Positions 10,533 through 21,488 of a DNA stretch of 64,000 nucleotides are shown piece by piece. This DNA is from a virus (taxonomy: Duplodnaviria > Caudoviricetes), in the IMG/VR virus record IMGVR_UViG_3300035396_001032, positions 1 through 64,000 of that record. The stretch is one strand, 5' to 3'. The notes beneath the pieces were generated by a model, which was not told the DNA's origin, made no database searches, and saw only the letters and a list, made by a program, of their open reading frames with translations. Position numbers and translations under genes: made by a program. How positions within the stretch are numbered: the stretch's first letter is position 1; the number at the start of each line of letters is the position of its first letter.

Positions 10533-10781
10533 ATGCCATTAAATCAAAGCGATTATAACATACAGGTACATAACGTTGACCCAATCACTATTGTTGATGA
10601 ATCATCAGCAACCGAATATTATGTAGGGGTTTCCAAGAATACAGGAAACGAAGGTAAAGCAAATTGGCGTATTAAAAGAATTTGGAAAATCGGTAATGTT
10701 TGGAAATTCGGATTTCCTAATGGTGACCAGAGTTTCAAATTTGTTTGGGATGACAGATACGATTATACATATTCTGCTTAA
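10533..10781 (+). CDS. Small probable virion protein
   Basis: 82 aa; aromatic-rich YVG...WRIKRI...FKFVWDDR..YTY pattern, which I associate with small phage structural proteins; preceded by the late motif. Confidence 0.6.
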   Translation: MPLNQSDYNIQVHNVDPITIVDESSATEYYVGVSKNTGNEGKANWRIKRIWKIGNVWKFGFPNGDQSFKFVWDDRYDYTYSA

Positions 10782-10859
10782 GTGAGTTAAGAATCCCAAT
10801 ATCGTATAATATTAAATCGAGAAATCTTATTTTTTTTAAGTAGAAATACTTTCCATTTA

Positions 10860-10867
10860 GTATTTAT
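10860..10867 (+). promoter_or_regulatory. Putative phage late promoter motif GTATTTAT
   Basis: Intergenic; 23 nt before the ATG at 10883. Confidence 0.65.
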
Positions 10868-10882
10868 CTAAAAAGTCTTTTA

Positions 10883-11932
10883 ATGGCAACATTTACAATA
10901 GATTTATTAACTGGAAACCTATTTTTATTCAGTGGAGATTTTACAAGTAGTGGTAGTACACCAACTACTGGTAGTACGTATCCACAAGTCAACCTTTATT
11001 CAGACTTACCGACTCCAGCAAGTGCATATAGTGGACAAATCTATGTTGTTAGAACTTCAAGTGGCTCATATGTTTTAAATCGTAAAGAAGCTGGAATGTA
11101 TCTCTCAGTAAGTAATACTTGGAGAAGACTCGGTGATATTCCCTCATTTTTCAAATCAGACAACTTTCAGGTTTATGATAGTGTAGATACCTCAAAGGGT
11201 ATGATGTTCATTACATCTGGGGTTACTGCTGGACAATTCAGAAAATTGAAGGTACAGAACTCCGATGGTACAATTGCATATCTTACCGATTTAAATACGA
11301 AACTCGATAAAACCACCTTTTCTGATTACACAGGAACTACTGCACCCAATACTTACTACAATAAGTCTCAGATTAATTCATATACTGGTAGTACATTATT
11401 GTTGATTCAGGGTAAACAAGACACATTGGTTGCAGGTCAAGGCATTTCGATATTAGGAAATGTTATTAGTGTTACTGGTAATACTTCTGGTGTTTCAAAT
11501 ACCGCATTGCAATTACTTGATACCAGTGGAAACACTGATGTGAATCTAATTACAGCACCTTCAATTGTTTGGACTTCTCAGGCATTTTCTGGAACAAGTC
11601 TGAGTTTCACAGGTGGGTCACGTATTTATGTAAGAGTAAATGGTACATATGGAATTTCGTACTTACTTAACGTTTATAATGATTCCAATAGTGGTAAAAA
11701 TATTGGAACTATCATACGAAAGAATGGTACAACCGACATAACACCATTAAGCAGTGCCTCAATTGGTTTAAATTTTGTAAATGATTCGAGCACTAATGTA
11801 ATGCCAGAAAATCTTGTAACTCTTGTAAACGGAGATTATTTAGAACTTAAGGCATTTAGGATTGGAAATTCTGGTAGTGTATTTACAGTACCAAATGGTT
11901 CATGGATAAAAATACAGAAAAAGATAATATAA
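10883..11932 (+). CDS. Short fibre protein with C-terminal C1q/TNF/BclA-like jelly-roll
   Basis: YTGTTAP repeat; C-terminal I-Y-V-R-V-N-G-T-Y-G-I-S-Y ... LVNGDYLELKA is typical of C1q-like trimeric heads. Confidence 0.6.
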   Translation: MATFTIDLLTGNLFLFSGDFTSSGSTPTTGSTYPQVNLYSDLPTPASAYSGQIYVVRTSSGSYVLNRKEAGMYLSVSNTWRRLGDIPSFFKSDNFQVYDSVDTSKGMMFITSGVTAGQFRKLKVQNSDGTIAYLTDLNTKLDKTTFSDYTGTTAPNTYYNKSQINSYTGSTLLLIQGKQDTLVAGQGISILGNVISVTGNTSGVSNTALQLLDTSGNTDVNLITAPSIVWTSQAFSGTSLSFTGGSRIYVRVNGTYGISYLLNVYNDSNSGKNIGTIIRKNGTTDITPLSSASIGLNFVNDSSTNVMPENLVTLVNGDYLELKAFRIGNSGSVFTVPNGSWIKIQKKII

Positions 11933-11951
11933 AATATAAAAAACAAGAAAA

Positions 11952-14846
11952 ATGGCATTTAGATATTTAATTTACAGCACAGGCACAACATATTCAGGAA
12001 CAATCTTGAGAGAAAGTGCAACTAATAACCCAAGCGTTGGAGAAGCATCATTATATTCAGAATTCGTTATTCCTGAAATACAACCATTATATTTATGGCA
12101 GGTAAGTTTGGGAAATGTAATTCCAAATACTGATACGAAAATAACTAACTATGAAGGTGCAACAGCACCTGCACCAACACCACAGGACTTAATTACTTAT
12201 GGTGAGGTTACTGGTATGACTAACACCAAAATCGATAAGGTTAGTGGTGCAAGTAATAAAGTACCAGTTTTCAATGCAGGTGGAAATCTACAAAGTAGTG
12301 GATTTAGCGTTGCTGAAATCACAGGTAAGACCACATATAACTTTACTGGTAGCGGTGGTACACAAATTTTTAAAACAGGTAATAATATTACTGTTTATTC
12401 TACGATGCCAAGTGGTGCAACAATCGCATGGATTGACGTTAGTGATAAACCTTCATGGTTAAGTGGTACGACTTTAGGTGCATTCGAATCTGCGCATAGT
12501 CATAGTCAGTATCTAACTGCTGCTTCAATTACTGGTAAACTTGATACCAGCGTATTCAATGGATATACTGGTAGTACACAACCAATCTTAAATAAGGCAT
12601 TAACTGGTGTTACTAACAATGGTACTGGAACTACTTTAGGTGGTTTTTCTGCAAGAAAAGTAACACTTAAATCCATATCAGCCATTGGCGGTGTGAAAAT
12701 ACTTGCAGGTGATGCAAATAATTTAATCATTAGTGGTGAAACTAATGCAAGTGCTGTTTGGGGTGGTATAACTGGTACGCTTTCAAATCAAACAGATTTG
12801 TGGGGACAATTAACTGGGTTAACTGCTCAAGTAAATACAAAACTTAATACAAGCACATTTGCAACATACACTGGTACAACTGCACCTAATGCATTTGCAA
12901 GTAAGTCATTTGTTAGTAATTATACTGGTGTTACTGCACCAAATACTTATGCAACGATTGCTAAAGTAAACCTTTATACAGGTACGACTGCACCCGCAAC
13001 ATTTGCGAATAAAGCATTGGTTCAGTACTATACTGGTACAACAGCACCTGCAACTTATCAAACAATTGCTAAAGTAGATTTCTATACTGGCACTACTGCA
13101 CCCAACACATTTGCAAACAAAGCATTAGTAAACTTTTATACTGGCACTACTGCTCCTAATACATATTTAACTAAATCAACATTTAATAATTACACAGGTA
13201 CTTCAACATCTATTCTTAGTGGTGCAATTACTGGTGCAACAAACGGTTTAAGTAAATCGGGTCGTAATGCTCAACTTGGTGGTGCGTTAACAAAAGATAC
13301 TTCAATTAATGGTACTGCATTTGGTTTCACTGCAAATACTAAGAATATTACATTACAAGCAATTAATGGAATTAATATTATCGATACTGATGGTGTTGGT
13401 GGTATTAATATTGAAAGCGATGGTGGTACAATTGCAATTATTGGTAACAATAGTGTTGGTGCGGAAAAAACAAAATTGGAAGTAAGTGATACTAATCTAC
13501 TTATTACCGACAGTAGAGCAACACAATTAGGTTTACAATATGCTGCAGACTATGCAACAACTTTTGCAACTCGTTCATTGGTTGATAAGGGTTATGTTGA
13601 TGCAATTGCAAGTGGCTTAGTTCCGAAAGCAAGTGTAAAAGTAGCTACAACAGGAGTGATAGTACTCAGTGGTTTAAGTACAGTTGATGGTGTTACACTT
13701 ACAAACGGTGATAGAGTTTTGGTTAAGAATCAAGGTACTGGCTCACAGAATGGTATTTATGTTGCAAGTGCAAGTACTTGGTCACGTGCTGCAGACTTTG
13801 ATGGTCAGCCAGTATTTGGTGAAGTTACAAGTGGTAACTTAGTACCTATTGAAAGTGGAACTACACTTCATAATACGATTTGGGTATTAACAACATTAAA
13901 TCCAATTGTTGTTGGTACAACTTCACTTGCATTCTCGTTGTTCTCAAGTTCACAGAGTTTACAAGCAGGTGTTGGTATTACAATCAATGCAAATCAAATT
14001 TCAGTAAATGGTTCAACTCTTGCTGGTAATTCAATTACTTGGACTGGCAACACATTTAATGTAAATCCTTCAAGTGGCACATTAGCAACTGCTTTAGGTA
14101 CTAAGTTGAATATAACTGATTTCAATACATATAGTGGTACAACAGTTCCTGCAACATTTTTGAGTATTAGTAATTTCAATACATTTACTGGTACGACATT
14201 ACCTGCAAATTATTATAATAAGACTCAAATTAATTCATATTCTGGAAGTACATTAACTAACATTAATAGTAGATTACTTACAACAACATTTAATTCATAT
14301 ACTGGCGCAACTAATACAAGACTCAATGGTATTGAAAGCGACATTACCTATATTTCAGGGGTTACTGACAATAATTTTGAAATATTTACTGGTTATACTG
14401 CAAGTACAGCAACAAATCAAATTCAATTAATTCATACTGGTGGTACTGACATTAATACTGTTGTTGCAACGGGCATTGAATGGCATTCGGTTTCACATAG
14501 TGGTAATTCCTTTACGTGGACTGGTGGTACTGATATTGTAATAAATAAAACTGCTGATTATGAGGTTTCATATCACGTTCCTCATGGACATACTGGTACT
14601 AATAACATAAGAGGTATTGCGAGTAATTTAGTACTTAATGGAGTTACGATTTTAAATAACACCGTAGGTACTTCTGGTACAGCAAGAGCAGGTGTTGTTA
14701 GCAGTTTAGTCTTACCTAATACAATATTGTCTTTAAATGCTAATGATATACTGGATTTAGTCGCATTTAGAACAGGTTTGGCTGGAGTATCAACAACTGT
14801 AGCAAATGGTGTGATATTAATTAAAGAGAAAAATAAATTACAATAA
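11952..14846 (+). CDS. Long tail fibre protein
   Basis: 18-aa YTGTTAP repeats; SVKVATT...DGVTLTNGDRVLVKNQ...QNGIYV...WSRAADFD fibre domain; C1q-like C-terminus paralogous to 10883-11932. Confidence 0.75.
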   Translation: MAFRYLIYSTGTTYSGTILRESATNNPSVGEASLYSEFVIPEIQPLYLWQVSLGNVIPNTDTKITNYEGATAPAPTPQDLITYGEVTGMTNTKIDKVSGASNKVPVFNAGGNLQSSGFSVAEITGKTTYNFTGSGGTQIFKTGNNITVYSTMPSGATIAWIDVSDKPSWLSGTTLGAFESAHSHSQYLTAASITGKLDTSVFNGYTGSTQPILNKALTGVTNNGTGTTLGGFSARKVTLKSISAIGGVKILAGDANNLIISGETNASAVWGGITGTLSNQTDLWGQLTGLTAQVNTKLNTSTFATYTGTTAPNAFASKSFVSNYTGVTAPNTYATIAKVNLYTGTTAPATFANKALVQYYTGTTAPATYQTIAKVDFYTGTTAPNTFANKALVNFYTGTTAPNTYLTKSTFNNYTGTSTSILSGAITGATNGLSKSGRNAQLGGALTKDTSINGTAFGFTANTKNITLQAINGINIIDTDGVGGINIESDGGTIAIIGNNSVGAEKTKLEVSDTNLLITDSRATQLGLQYAADYATTFATRSLVDKGYVDAIASGLVPKASVKVATTGVIVLSGLSTVDGVTLTNGDRVLVKNQGTGSQNGIYVASASTWSRAADFDGQPVFGEVTSGNLVPIESGTTLHNTIWVLTTLNPIVVGTTSLAFSLFSSSQSLQAGVGITINANQISVNGSTLAGNSITWTGNTFNVNPSSGTLATALGTKLNITDFNTYSGTTVPATFLSISNFNTFTGTTLPANYYNKTQINSYSGSTLTNINSRLLTTTFNSYTGATNTRLNGIESDITYISGVTDNNFEIFTGYTASTATNQIQLIHTGGTDINTVVATGIEWHSVSHSGNSFTWTGGTDIVINKTADYEVSYHVPHGHTGTNNIRGIASNLVLNGVTILNNTVGTSGTARAGVVSSLVLPNTILSLNANDILDLVAFRTGLAGVSTTVANGVILIKEKNKLQ
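12867..13202 (+). repeat. 18-aa (54-bp) YTGTTAP tandem repeat, about 7 copies
   Basis: YTGTTAPNAFASKSFVSN / YTGVTAPNTYATIAKVNL / YTGTTAPATFANKALVQY / ... in the translation. Confidence 0.9.
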
Positions 14847-17800
14847 TGGCATTTCAATATTATTTATACAATACATTATATAACAATACTTTGGTGGAAA
14901 GAAGCGACAGTAGTTTCGCTCCTTTACCACCAAATACTGGTGAAATATATATCGATTATTTCATCCCTGAACTTCAACCACTTTATTTTTATAGAGAGGA
15001 TAATGGATTAATTGTTTTAAATGGTCAAGAAAATATTGATGAGTATTTTGAAAGCATTGCACCACCACCGACATCTAATGATGGTGTGACGTATGGTGAA
15101 CTTACTGGATATACTACAAGCACATTTCTTAAATTAGACCAAACTAATCCACAAATAGTTAGTGGTGGTAGTCCCCAATTTGATGGAATTAGATTTAATA
15201 CGAGCACTGGAATTACACATACTCATGATGTAGGTAGACTTCATTGGAATGCTTTTGATAAAACACTTGAGGTTGATGTTAATGATGAGGTTTCGTTACA
15301 AATAGGGCAAGAACTTGTTTATAATGCATATAATGAAAGCGGTGTTGAAATTTTAAATGGTCAACTTGTAAGTATTGTAGATAATAAAATTCTTGGTGGT
15401 GTTGAAGTACTTACAATTGAATTGACTGATGCCACCAAGAGTCCAAGAAGTCTTGGTATGGCTACGCAAACCATACCAAATAATAGTTTTGGTTTTGTTA
15501 CGAGTTTTGGTAAAGTTAGAGGTATTGATACTAATGGATATAGTGGCGGTACATTACTATATCTTGACACTGATGCTGGCGCATATTCTTCAATACCACC
15601 TATTGCACCATATTATGTAGTACCTATTGGTGTTGTATTAGTTGAAGGCAATACTGATGGTGTTATAATGTTTTCACCAAAATTTGGTTTTAAAATCAGT
15701 GATATGGCTGATGTTAGCCGTACTGGTGCAACAACAACAGGTCAGATTTTAACATGGGATAGTGCTTTGGGTTATTATAGAAATGATAAAAATATTAATG
15801 ATTATGTGCTTACTTCGGTTTTTACTGGTAGTACTAATTTACAAAAAGTTACTGAATTTGGTTCAACAACCGATGTTGAGTCCACTTTTAGTTCGGGTTT
15901 AATTACAAACAGAATAAAACCAACTGGTGATACAGTAACTGCTATCCAAATTACTAAAACAGATGGTACAACAGCAATAATTAATATTGATACCGTAAGT
16001 GGGTTCACTGGTTTTGGTATTAATGCACCAGAAACCCAAGTTCATTTATATGGAACTGATACCAGTAATGATTCATTAATTGGTTTACAAACAAATGCAA
16101 TAAGACTTGATGGTGTTAGTGGCGCAGATAAAGATATTCAATGGGCAGATAACGGTGTGGTTAAATGGCTTGCTGAAATATATAGAAATGAAGAAGGTAG
16201 GTTCTGGTATTTATATAATCAGGATGGTGATGTAACGCCATTGGTTGTAGCAAATACTGGTGAAATTGGTATTAATTCACCAAACAACATCGTTAATAAA
16301 TACGCATTTTTAAATGTTAATAGTGGTTTAGATGACATTAGATTTACGGGTCTTTATGATAAAAACTTTATTAGTATTTTTGAGGTTGAGATTGATGGTG
16401 TTGGTACACCAGACACTTTCAGATGGAGAGTTAGTTATAATGAAGATAAAACATTTGGTAGTTGGACATCAACAGTACCTGTTTCAACAGGAGAAATACT
16501 ATTAGAAAGTGGTGTATATGTGTATTTCTTATCAGAAACTGGTCATACTTTAGGAAATACATGGGAAAAACCAGTATTCACACAATTACCGCAAGGCACG
16601 TTTTCAATTCATCCAAATAGTTTTTCTGAAATACTGTTGGTTGATGATATTGGTGCAGGTACAATTGAGTATAGAAATTATACTGGTGAATTTAATTCAT
16701 CAAGAATTATCGAAGGTGTTCCGATATTAATTTCTGGTAGCACATCAGGTGCATTTTATGTTGGTAGCACAACAAAATTAAATTCAATAAATTTTAATAT
16801 TAATGTTGGTGGTGCTGGAATTACATTAATTACAGAATATTGGAACGGTACTACTTGGACAGATATTTCAGTTGGTAATGTTGGTTATATTGACCTTACT
16901 AATAATTTAAGTACATCTGGATTGATTGAATGGGGTATTAATGAATTAACTACTTGGATTCGAGCAGATATACCAGATTTTGATGCTGACGAGGAACTAT
17001 TTTGGGTTCGATTTAGAAGTTCAAGTAGCGTAACTAAGCAACCCCTTTTAAATAATGTTGGTAGAAATGGTAATGAAAGATTATCGATATATAGTTCACC
17101 TTTTGACTATAAACCTGCAATGTATGTTGATAGTCTTGGTAGAACCAATATCGGTGGAGGTGCAATAACAAGATTAAATAAGTTACAAATAAGTACTGTT
17201 GATTTTCTTGACGTTGCTGTTGGTAGTGCAAGTCTTGTTGAAATGGATTCAAATACCTCATGTGCTGCAGACCTTAGAATTAAATTAACATCTAATGATG
17301 CTTGTGGTACTGGTATTGCAATTGTTAAGACCAGAGGTGAATTAACTACAACAGATGGTGTTGAAACAGGTGATGAACTCGGACATATTTGGTTTAGGTC
17401 ACGTGTAGCAGATACTGGTGTTACAAACAATTCAATTGTAAGTAAATATACAGGTACTGGTTTGCTTGGTTCATATGATGGAGATTTATTGTTTAATACC
17501 GCAACAAATTCATTTCCAACTGAGAAAGTAAGAATCACAGCAGGTGGTAATACTGGTTTCGGCATTAGCGGAGCGACAGCAGTAATTCATCTTAAAGCAG
17601 GTACAAGTAGTAATGCTCCGTTGAAATTCACAAGTGGAACACTTCTTAGTAGTCCACAAACAGGAGCAGTGGAATTTTTAGGTAATAAATATTATGGTAC
17701 TACAACTGGTAATACCAGAAATACATTTGCTTTCTTAGAAAGTCCAGAATTCACTGGAACACCTGTGTTACCATTAACTACTGAATTGGGTAATGTTGTG

Positions 17801-20386
17801 CTTAATGATTATATATGGAATTCTGGTGGAACGAATAATCCATTATTAACACTTAAATCGGACTTCGATACGTTTACTGGTTCTACTGTTCCTTGGGATA
17901 ATATTGATTTTAGTGGTTCAACGCTTGCTGATTTAGAAACTCGTAATGCTGAAGATGTTAATATCAGTGTTCCGCATTGGGACAGCACAAATGTCGATGA
18001 TTTTACAAATAAAATTGCAGACTATATCGAAGACACCCAAGGCAGTGGTAGGCTTAGTCCAGAAATTGTATTAAGTGGGTTAAATACGACAAATTTAATT
18101 GTTTTCAGTGGAACTGGTTATATTTCATATACTGGATATCATAGTATTATTACTTGGAGTGGTACTACTATTGATGTTAGTGAATATGTTGAAGGTACGT
18201 ATTACGTATATGTTGATACTAACTCAGAAATTCAGATTTCAACAAGTAATCCTGATGGTATTCACAATATAAGATTAGGTTCATTCTTTTGGAGTGGCTC
18301 AATAATTGGTGGTATTATTCAATGTGGTTGTGTTATTTTGAATTCACTTGCAAGAACAATTAATTTCTTCCTAAGATTAGGTTATTTTATATATGATGAT
18401 GGAGGTAATATTGAATTAATGAGTGGTAATACTCGTAAAATCATTAGTTCACCATGTAAAGTACAGTTTGGATTACTTAATATTGATTTACCAGAAATCG
18501 GTGCAAATCAGGCAAGTAATCTTCAATATAAATACATCTATATTTCTGCTGACCAAGGAGTTGAAGTAAATTGGGCATTTGTCCGTTCAGGTGGTATCAT
18601 ACCAACGGGTAGATGGAATGATGTGACTAAAAACAGTCACATTCCTTTGACTGGATATACTGTTAATTTCACCAGTGGAAGCACGATAATGACAAGTAGT
18701 TCAGACTTAACATCGATAATATCTGTAGATAATTTTATATATTTATCTGGTGATAGTCACACATATAGTATACCTATTACTGATGTTACTTGGACAGGTA
18801 GTCAAACCAATATTTATTCGAATTTCACGTATTTGGGTTCAACAGGTAGTGGTACTGCAATTATCGATGCTTCACTACCACAAATTCCAAGCGGAAAATA
18901 TGTAAAGTCTTTGGTAGTAAGAACTACTGATAGTCAATTAATATTTTTTCCTGCTCAAACGTATTATGATACCCAAGATGAGGCATTAAATGGTGTATTA
19001 CCACTAATTCCAACTCAGTTAAATCAAAATTCAATTAAAATGGCATATATTGTTAACGTTGCTGAAGAATTGGATTTAACTGGAAAAATATATGATATTA
19101 GACCATTACCTTTTCATGATAGAGAAGGTGGACAAAGTGGTGGTGGTACGACAATTACTAATCATGGTAGTTTAACTGGATTACTAAATGATGACCATCC
19201 ACAATATTTACGAACTGATGGTACAAGAGCATTGACTGGTATACAAAGTTATCAATCCCAGCCTACATTTAGTAATGATTTACAAATTATCACAAAAAAA
19301 TATGTTGATGATGTTGATGTGTTAAAATTAGATAAAAGCATTTTTAATACATATACTGGTACAACTGTGCCAAATACTTATTTAACTATTAGTAATTTCA
19401 ATACTTATAGTGGTACAACAGTACCTGCAACATATTTAACTATCAACAATTTTAATACTTATAGTGGGGCAACTGCAATTCTTATTGGAACAAAACAAGA
19501 TACGATAACTGGTGCAGCAACTACGATTACAACATCGAATTTAACTATTGATAGAGCATTAATAAGTAACGGTAGCGGTAAAGTTGCTGTAAGTACAGTA
19601 ACAAGTACTCAATTAGGTTATGTTGCTGGAGTAACGTCTGCAATTCAAACACAATTAAATACTAAAGCACCACTTGCAAGTCCTGCATTAACTGGAACTC
19701 CAACAACACCAACTGCTGCAGCAGATACAAGTACAACACAGATAGCAAGTACTGCATTTGTTGTTGGTCAGGCAAGTGCAATAAACCCTTTAATGAATGG
19801 TAGTGTTACAATTGGTACAAGTTTAAGATATTCACGTCAAGACCATGTGCATCCAGTAGATACTTCAAGGCAAGCAACAATAACTGGTGCTGCGACAACA
19901 ATAACAACATCAAACCTAACGACTGATAGAGTATTAATTTCTGACGGTAGTGGTAAGGTTGCTGTTAGTACAGTTACATCGACACAATTGGCTACAGTTT
20001 CTGCTCGTGTATATGGTACAGAATATCAACTTGCTTCTGCATTGGCAAGTACAAGTACTAATAGTACAACACCTGTTGCTAAAGTAACTATGACAACAAC
20101 TGATTTACCATCTGGTACATATAAAATTGTTGTACACTGGGTATGGTCAAGAAATAGTGCAGCAAACTCAGGAAGGTTTAATGTAACTATTGGTGGTGTT
20201 GCGCAAGGTACAAGAACAACAATGGAAATTGAGAACGGTGATACTACAGATATTCGTCCAGAAACCAGAATATTTTATAAGGCACTTTCAGGAGTTAATA
20301 CTATTGTATTTAACCATTGGGGTGAAAGTACTTCAAATAGTACAACAACATCAGATGCAACAATTGAATTAATACGAGTAGAATAA
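14846..20386 (+). CDS. Large multidomain tail fibre protein (1846 aa)
   Basis: Classic fibre motif APLASPALTGTPTTPT...TQIASTAFV; HGSLTGLLNDDHPQYL motif; N-terminus paralogous to 11952-14846. Confidence 0.75.
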   Translation: MAFQYYLYNTLYNNTLVERSDSSFAPLPPNTGEIYIDYFIPELQPLYFYREDNGLIVLNGQENIDEYFESIAPPPTSNDGVTYGELTGYTTSTFLKLDQTNPQIVSGGSPQFDGIRFNTSTGITHTHDVGRLHWNAFDKTLEVDVNDEVSLQIGQELVYNAYNESGVEILNGQLVSIVDNKILGGVEVLTIELTDATKSPRSLGMATQTIPNNSFGFVTSFGKVRGIDTNGYSGGTLLYLDTDAGAYSSIPPIAPYYVVPIGVVLVEGNTDGVIMFSPKFGFKISDMADVSRTGATTTGQILTWDSALGYYRNDKNINDYVLTSVFTGSTNLQKVTEFGSTTDVESTFSSGLITNRIKPTGDTVTAIQITKTDGTTAIINIDTVSGFTGFGINAPETQVHLYGTDTSNDSLIGLQTNAIRLDGVSGADKDIQWADNGVVKWLAEIYRNEEGRFWYLYNQDGDVTPLVVANTGEIGINSPNNIVNKYAFLNVNSGLDDIRFTGLYDKNFISIFEVEIDGVGTPDTFRWRVSYNEDKTFGSWTSTVPVSTGEILLESGVYVYFLSETGHTLGNTWEKPVFTQLPQGTFSIHPNSFSEILLVDDIGAGTIEYRNYTGEFNSSRIIEGVPILISGSTSGAFYVGSTTKLNSINFNINVGGAGITLITEYWNGTTWTDISVGNVGYIDLTNNLSTSGLIEWGINELTTWIRADIPDFDADEELFWVRFRSSSSVTKQPLLNNVGRNGNERLSIYSSPFDYKPAMYVDSLGRTNIGGGAITRLNKLQISTVDFLDVAVGSASLVEMDSNTSCAADLRIKLTSNDACGTGIAIVKTRGELTTTDGVETGDELGHIWFRSRVADTGVTNNSIVSKYTGTGLLGSYDGDLLFNTATNSFPTEKVRITAGGNTGFGISGATAVIHLKAGTSSNAPLKFTSGTLLSSPQTGAVEFLGNKYYGTTTGNTRNTFAFLESPEFTGTPVLPLTTELGNVVLNDYIWNSGGTNNPLLTLKSDFDTFTGSTVPWDNIDFSGSTLADLETRNAEDVNISVPHWDSTNVDDFTNKIADYIEDTQGSGRLSPEIVLSGLNTTNLIVFSGTGYISYTGYHSIITWSGTTIDVSEYVEGTYYVYVDTNSEIQISTSNPDGIHNIRLGSFFWSGSIIGGIIQCGCVILNSLARTINFFLRLGYFIYDDGGNIELMSGNTRKIISSPCKVQFGLLNIDLPEIGANQASNLQYKYIYISADQGVEVNWAFVRSGGIIPTGRWNDVTKNSHIPLTGYTVNFTSGSTIMTSSSDLTSIISVDNFIYLSGDSHTYSIPITDVTWTGSQTNIYSNFTYLGSTGSGTAIIDASLPQIPSGKYVKSLVVRTTDSQLIFFPAQTYYDTQDEALNGVLPLIPTQLNQNSIKMAYIVNVAEELDLTGKIYDIRPLPFHDREGGQSGGGTTITNHGSLTGLLNDDHPQYLRTDGTRALTGIQSYQSQPTFSNDLQIITKKYVDDVDVLKLDKSIFNTYTGTTVPNTYLTISNFNTYSGTTVPATYLTINNFNTYSGATAILIGTKQDTITGAATTITTSNLTIDRALISNGSGKVAVSTVTSTQLGYVAGVTSAIQTQLNTKAPLASPALTGTPTTPTAAADTSTTQIASTAFVVGQASAINPLMNGSVTIGTSLRYSRQDHVHPVDTSRQATITGAATTITTSNLTTDRVLISDGSGKVAVSTVTSTQLATVSARVYGTEYQLASALASTSTNSTTPVAKVTMTTTDLPSGTYKIVVHWVWSRNSAANSGRFNVTIGGVAQGTRTTMEIENGDTTDIRPETRIFYKALSGVNTIVFNHWGESTSNSTTTSDATIELIRVE
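19495..19995 (+). repeat. Internal ~42-aa duplication, copies 375 bp apart
   Basis: KQDTITGAATTITTSNLTIDRALISNGSGKVAVSTVTSTQL versus RQATITGAATTITTSNLTTDRVLISDGSGKVAVSTVTSTQL; ataactggtgc at 19505 and 19880. Confidence 0.9.
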
Positions 20387-21096
20387 TGGAAAAACAATTA
20401 TTAGCATATCAAATAAGCGGTCAAACCGTAGGCATTGACATCCAATCTTGGAATACCGATGATTTAAATGGCAATCCTGCATTTAAAATAATTATTAGCG
20501 GAACAACCATCACTAATGGTTATGTGGATATTAGTTCAATTGTGAATTGGGATATGTTTGGAGAAGGCGTTGCAAATGACTATATGTGTATCAGATTTAG
20601 AATTAAAAGTCTTTGCAAAACCAAAGGTTGGTCGAATATGACAAATACCGAAAAGGACATTGCAATCAAACATTATATCAGTGACGACCCAACTAATGCT
20701 GTGATTTATTTAATGACAACCAAAGGCATGACTCAACAACAGGCACAGGGATTTGTATTGGTTGCTTGGCATAAGTATCATGCAAAATTGCTCGAATCCG
20801 CAAATCAAAGAATGTATTATTTGAAATTTGCAGTACCACAATATCTATCACTTACTGATTGTGAGAAATTGTTTGATGATGCGCAAAGCCTAATTTATGA
20901 ATTTACTCAATTAGGTAGATTTGGTATTGAAATGGGTGATAAAAAAAGTGGATTATTGGATTATATAATGTCAACAAATGCCTATGTTGGTGCAGGTCTG
21001 GAAGAAAGTGGATTAACATTACTTCAAGGAACTTGGGATAATTTTAGGTCTATACTATATTCTATCTTAGTTGACGGTATTTATAATAAATATTAA
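20386..21096 (+). CDS. Hypothetical protein, possibly a fibre assembly factor
   Basis: 236 aa, TAATG-coupled to the large fibre gene; function inferred from position only. Confidence 0.55.
   Translation: MEKQLLAYQISGQTVGIDIQSWNTDDLNGNPAFKIIISGTTITNGYVDISSIVNWDMFGEGVANDYMCIRFRIKSLCKTKGWSNMTNTEKDIAIKHYISDDPTNAVIYLMTTKGMTQQQAQGFVLVAWHKYHAKLLESANQRMYYLKFAVPQYLSLTDCEKLFDDAQSLIYEFTQLGRFGIEMGDKKSGLLDYIMSTNAYVGAGLEESGLTLLQGTWDNFRSILYSILVDGIYNKY
21077..21084 (+). promoter_or_regulatory. Putative phage late promoter motif GTATTTAT
   Basis: Inside the 3' end of the upstream CDS, 24 nt before the ATG at 21101. Confidence 0.55.
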
Positions 21097-21100
21097 TGAT

Positions 21101-21487
21101 ATGGGAGAATTACTACAAAATATTTTCGGAGATTATACAATTGTTCAATTACTTGGATACCTTTGGTTTTTTGTGATTGGCTATATTGTATATGGTTTAA
21201 CAGAAACCAGTGGTCGTGACGTTGAAAGCAGTGCAACTCCAAGAAAATGGAGTTGGAAATTCTGGTTTATGGATAACTGGAAAAGATATCTAACAACAAT
21301 TTTATGTTCTTACATACTTTTCAGATTTTATATTGAAGTTAGTGGACATCCATTTGGCAATTTCGATGCAGTTGGTTTAGGTCTAATTGGTGATGGTATT
21401 GCTGCAACACTTAAGGAAAGAGTTAAAGCAATTGGTGCAGATAGAAAACAATTAATGGCAAGTATGAGTCCAGAAGAAAAGGGATAA
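21101..21487 (+). CDS. Small membrane protein, holin-like
   Basis: 2-3 hydrophobic segments and a charged C-terminus. Start placed at ATG 21101 rather than the TTG at 21071 because of late-motif spacing. The holin role is inference. Confidence 0.45.
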   Translation: MGELLQNIFGDYTIVQLLGYLWFFVIGYIVYGLTETSGRDVESSATPRKWSWKFWFMDNWKRYLTTILCSYILFRFYIEVSGHPFGNFDAVGLGLIGDGIAATLKERVKAIGADRKQLMASMSPEEKG

Positions 21488-21488
21488 C

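Noticed and set aside
10790-10840. Terminator after the 82-aa gene
   Set aside because: A T run is present but I could not find a convincing stem.
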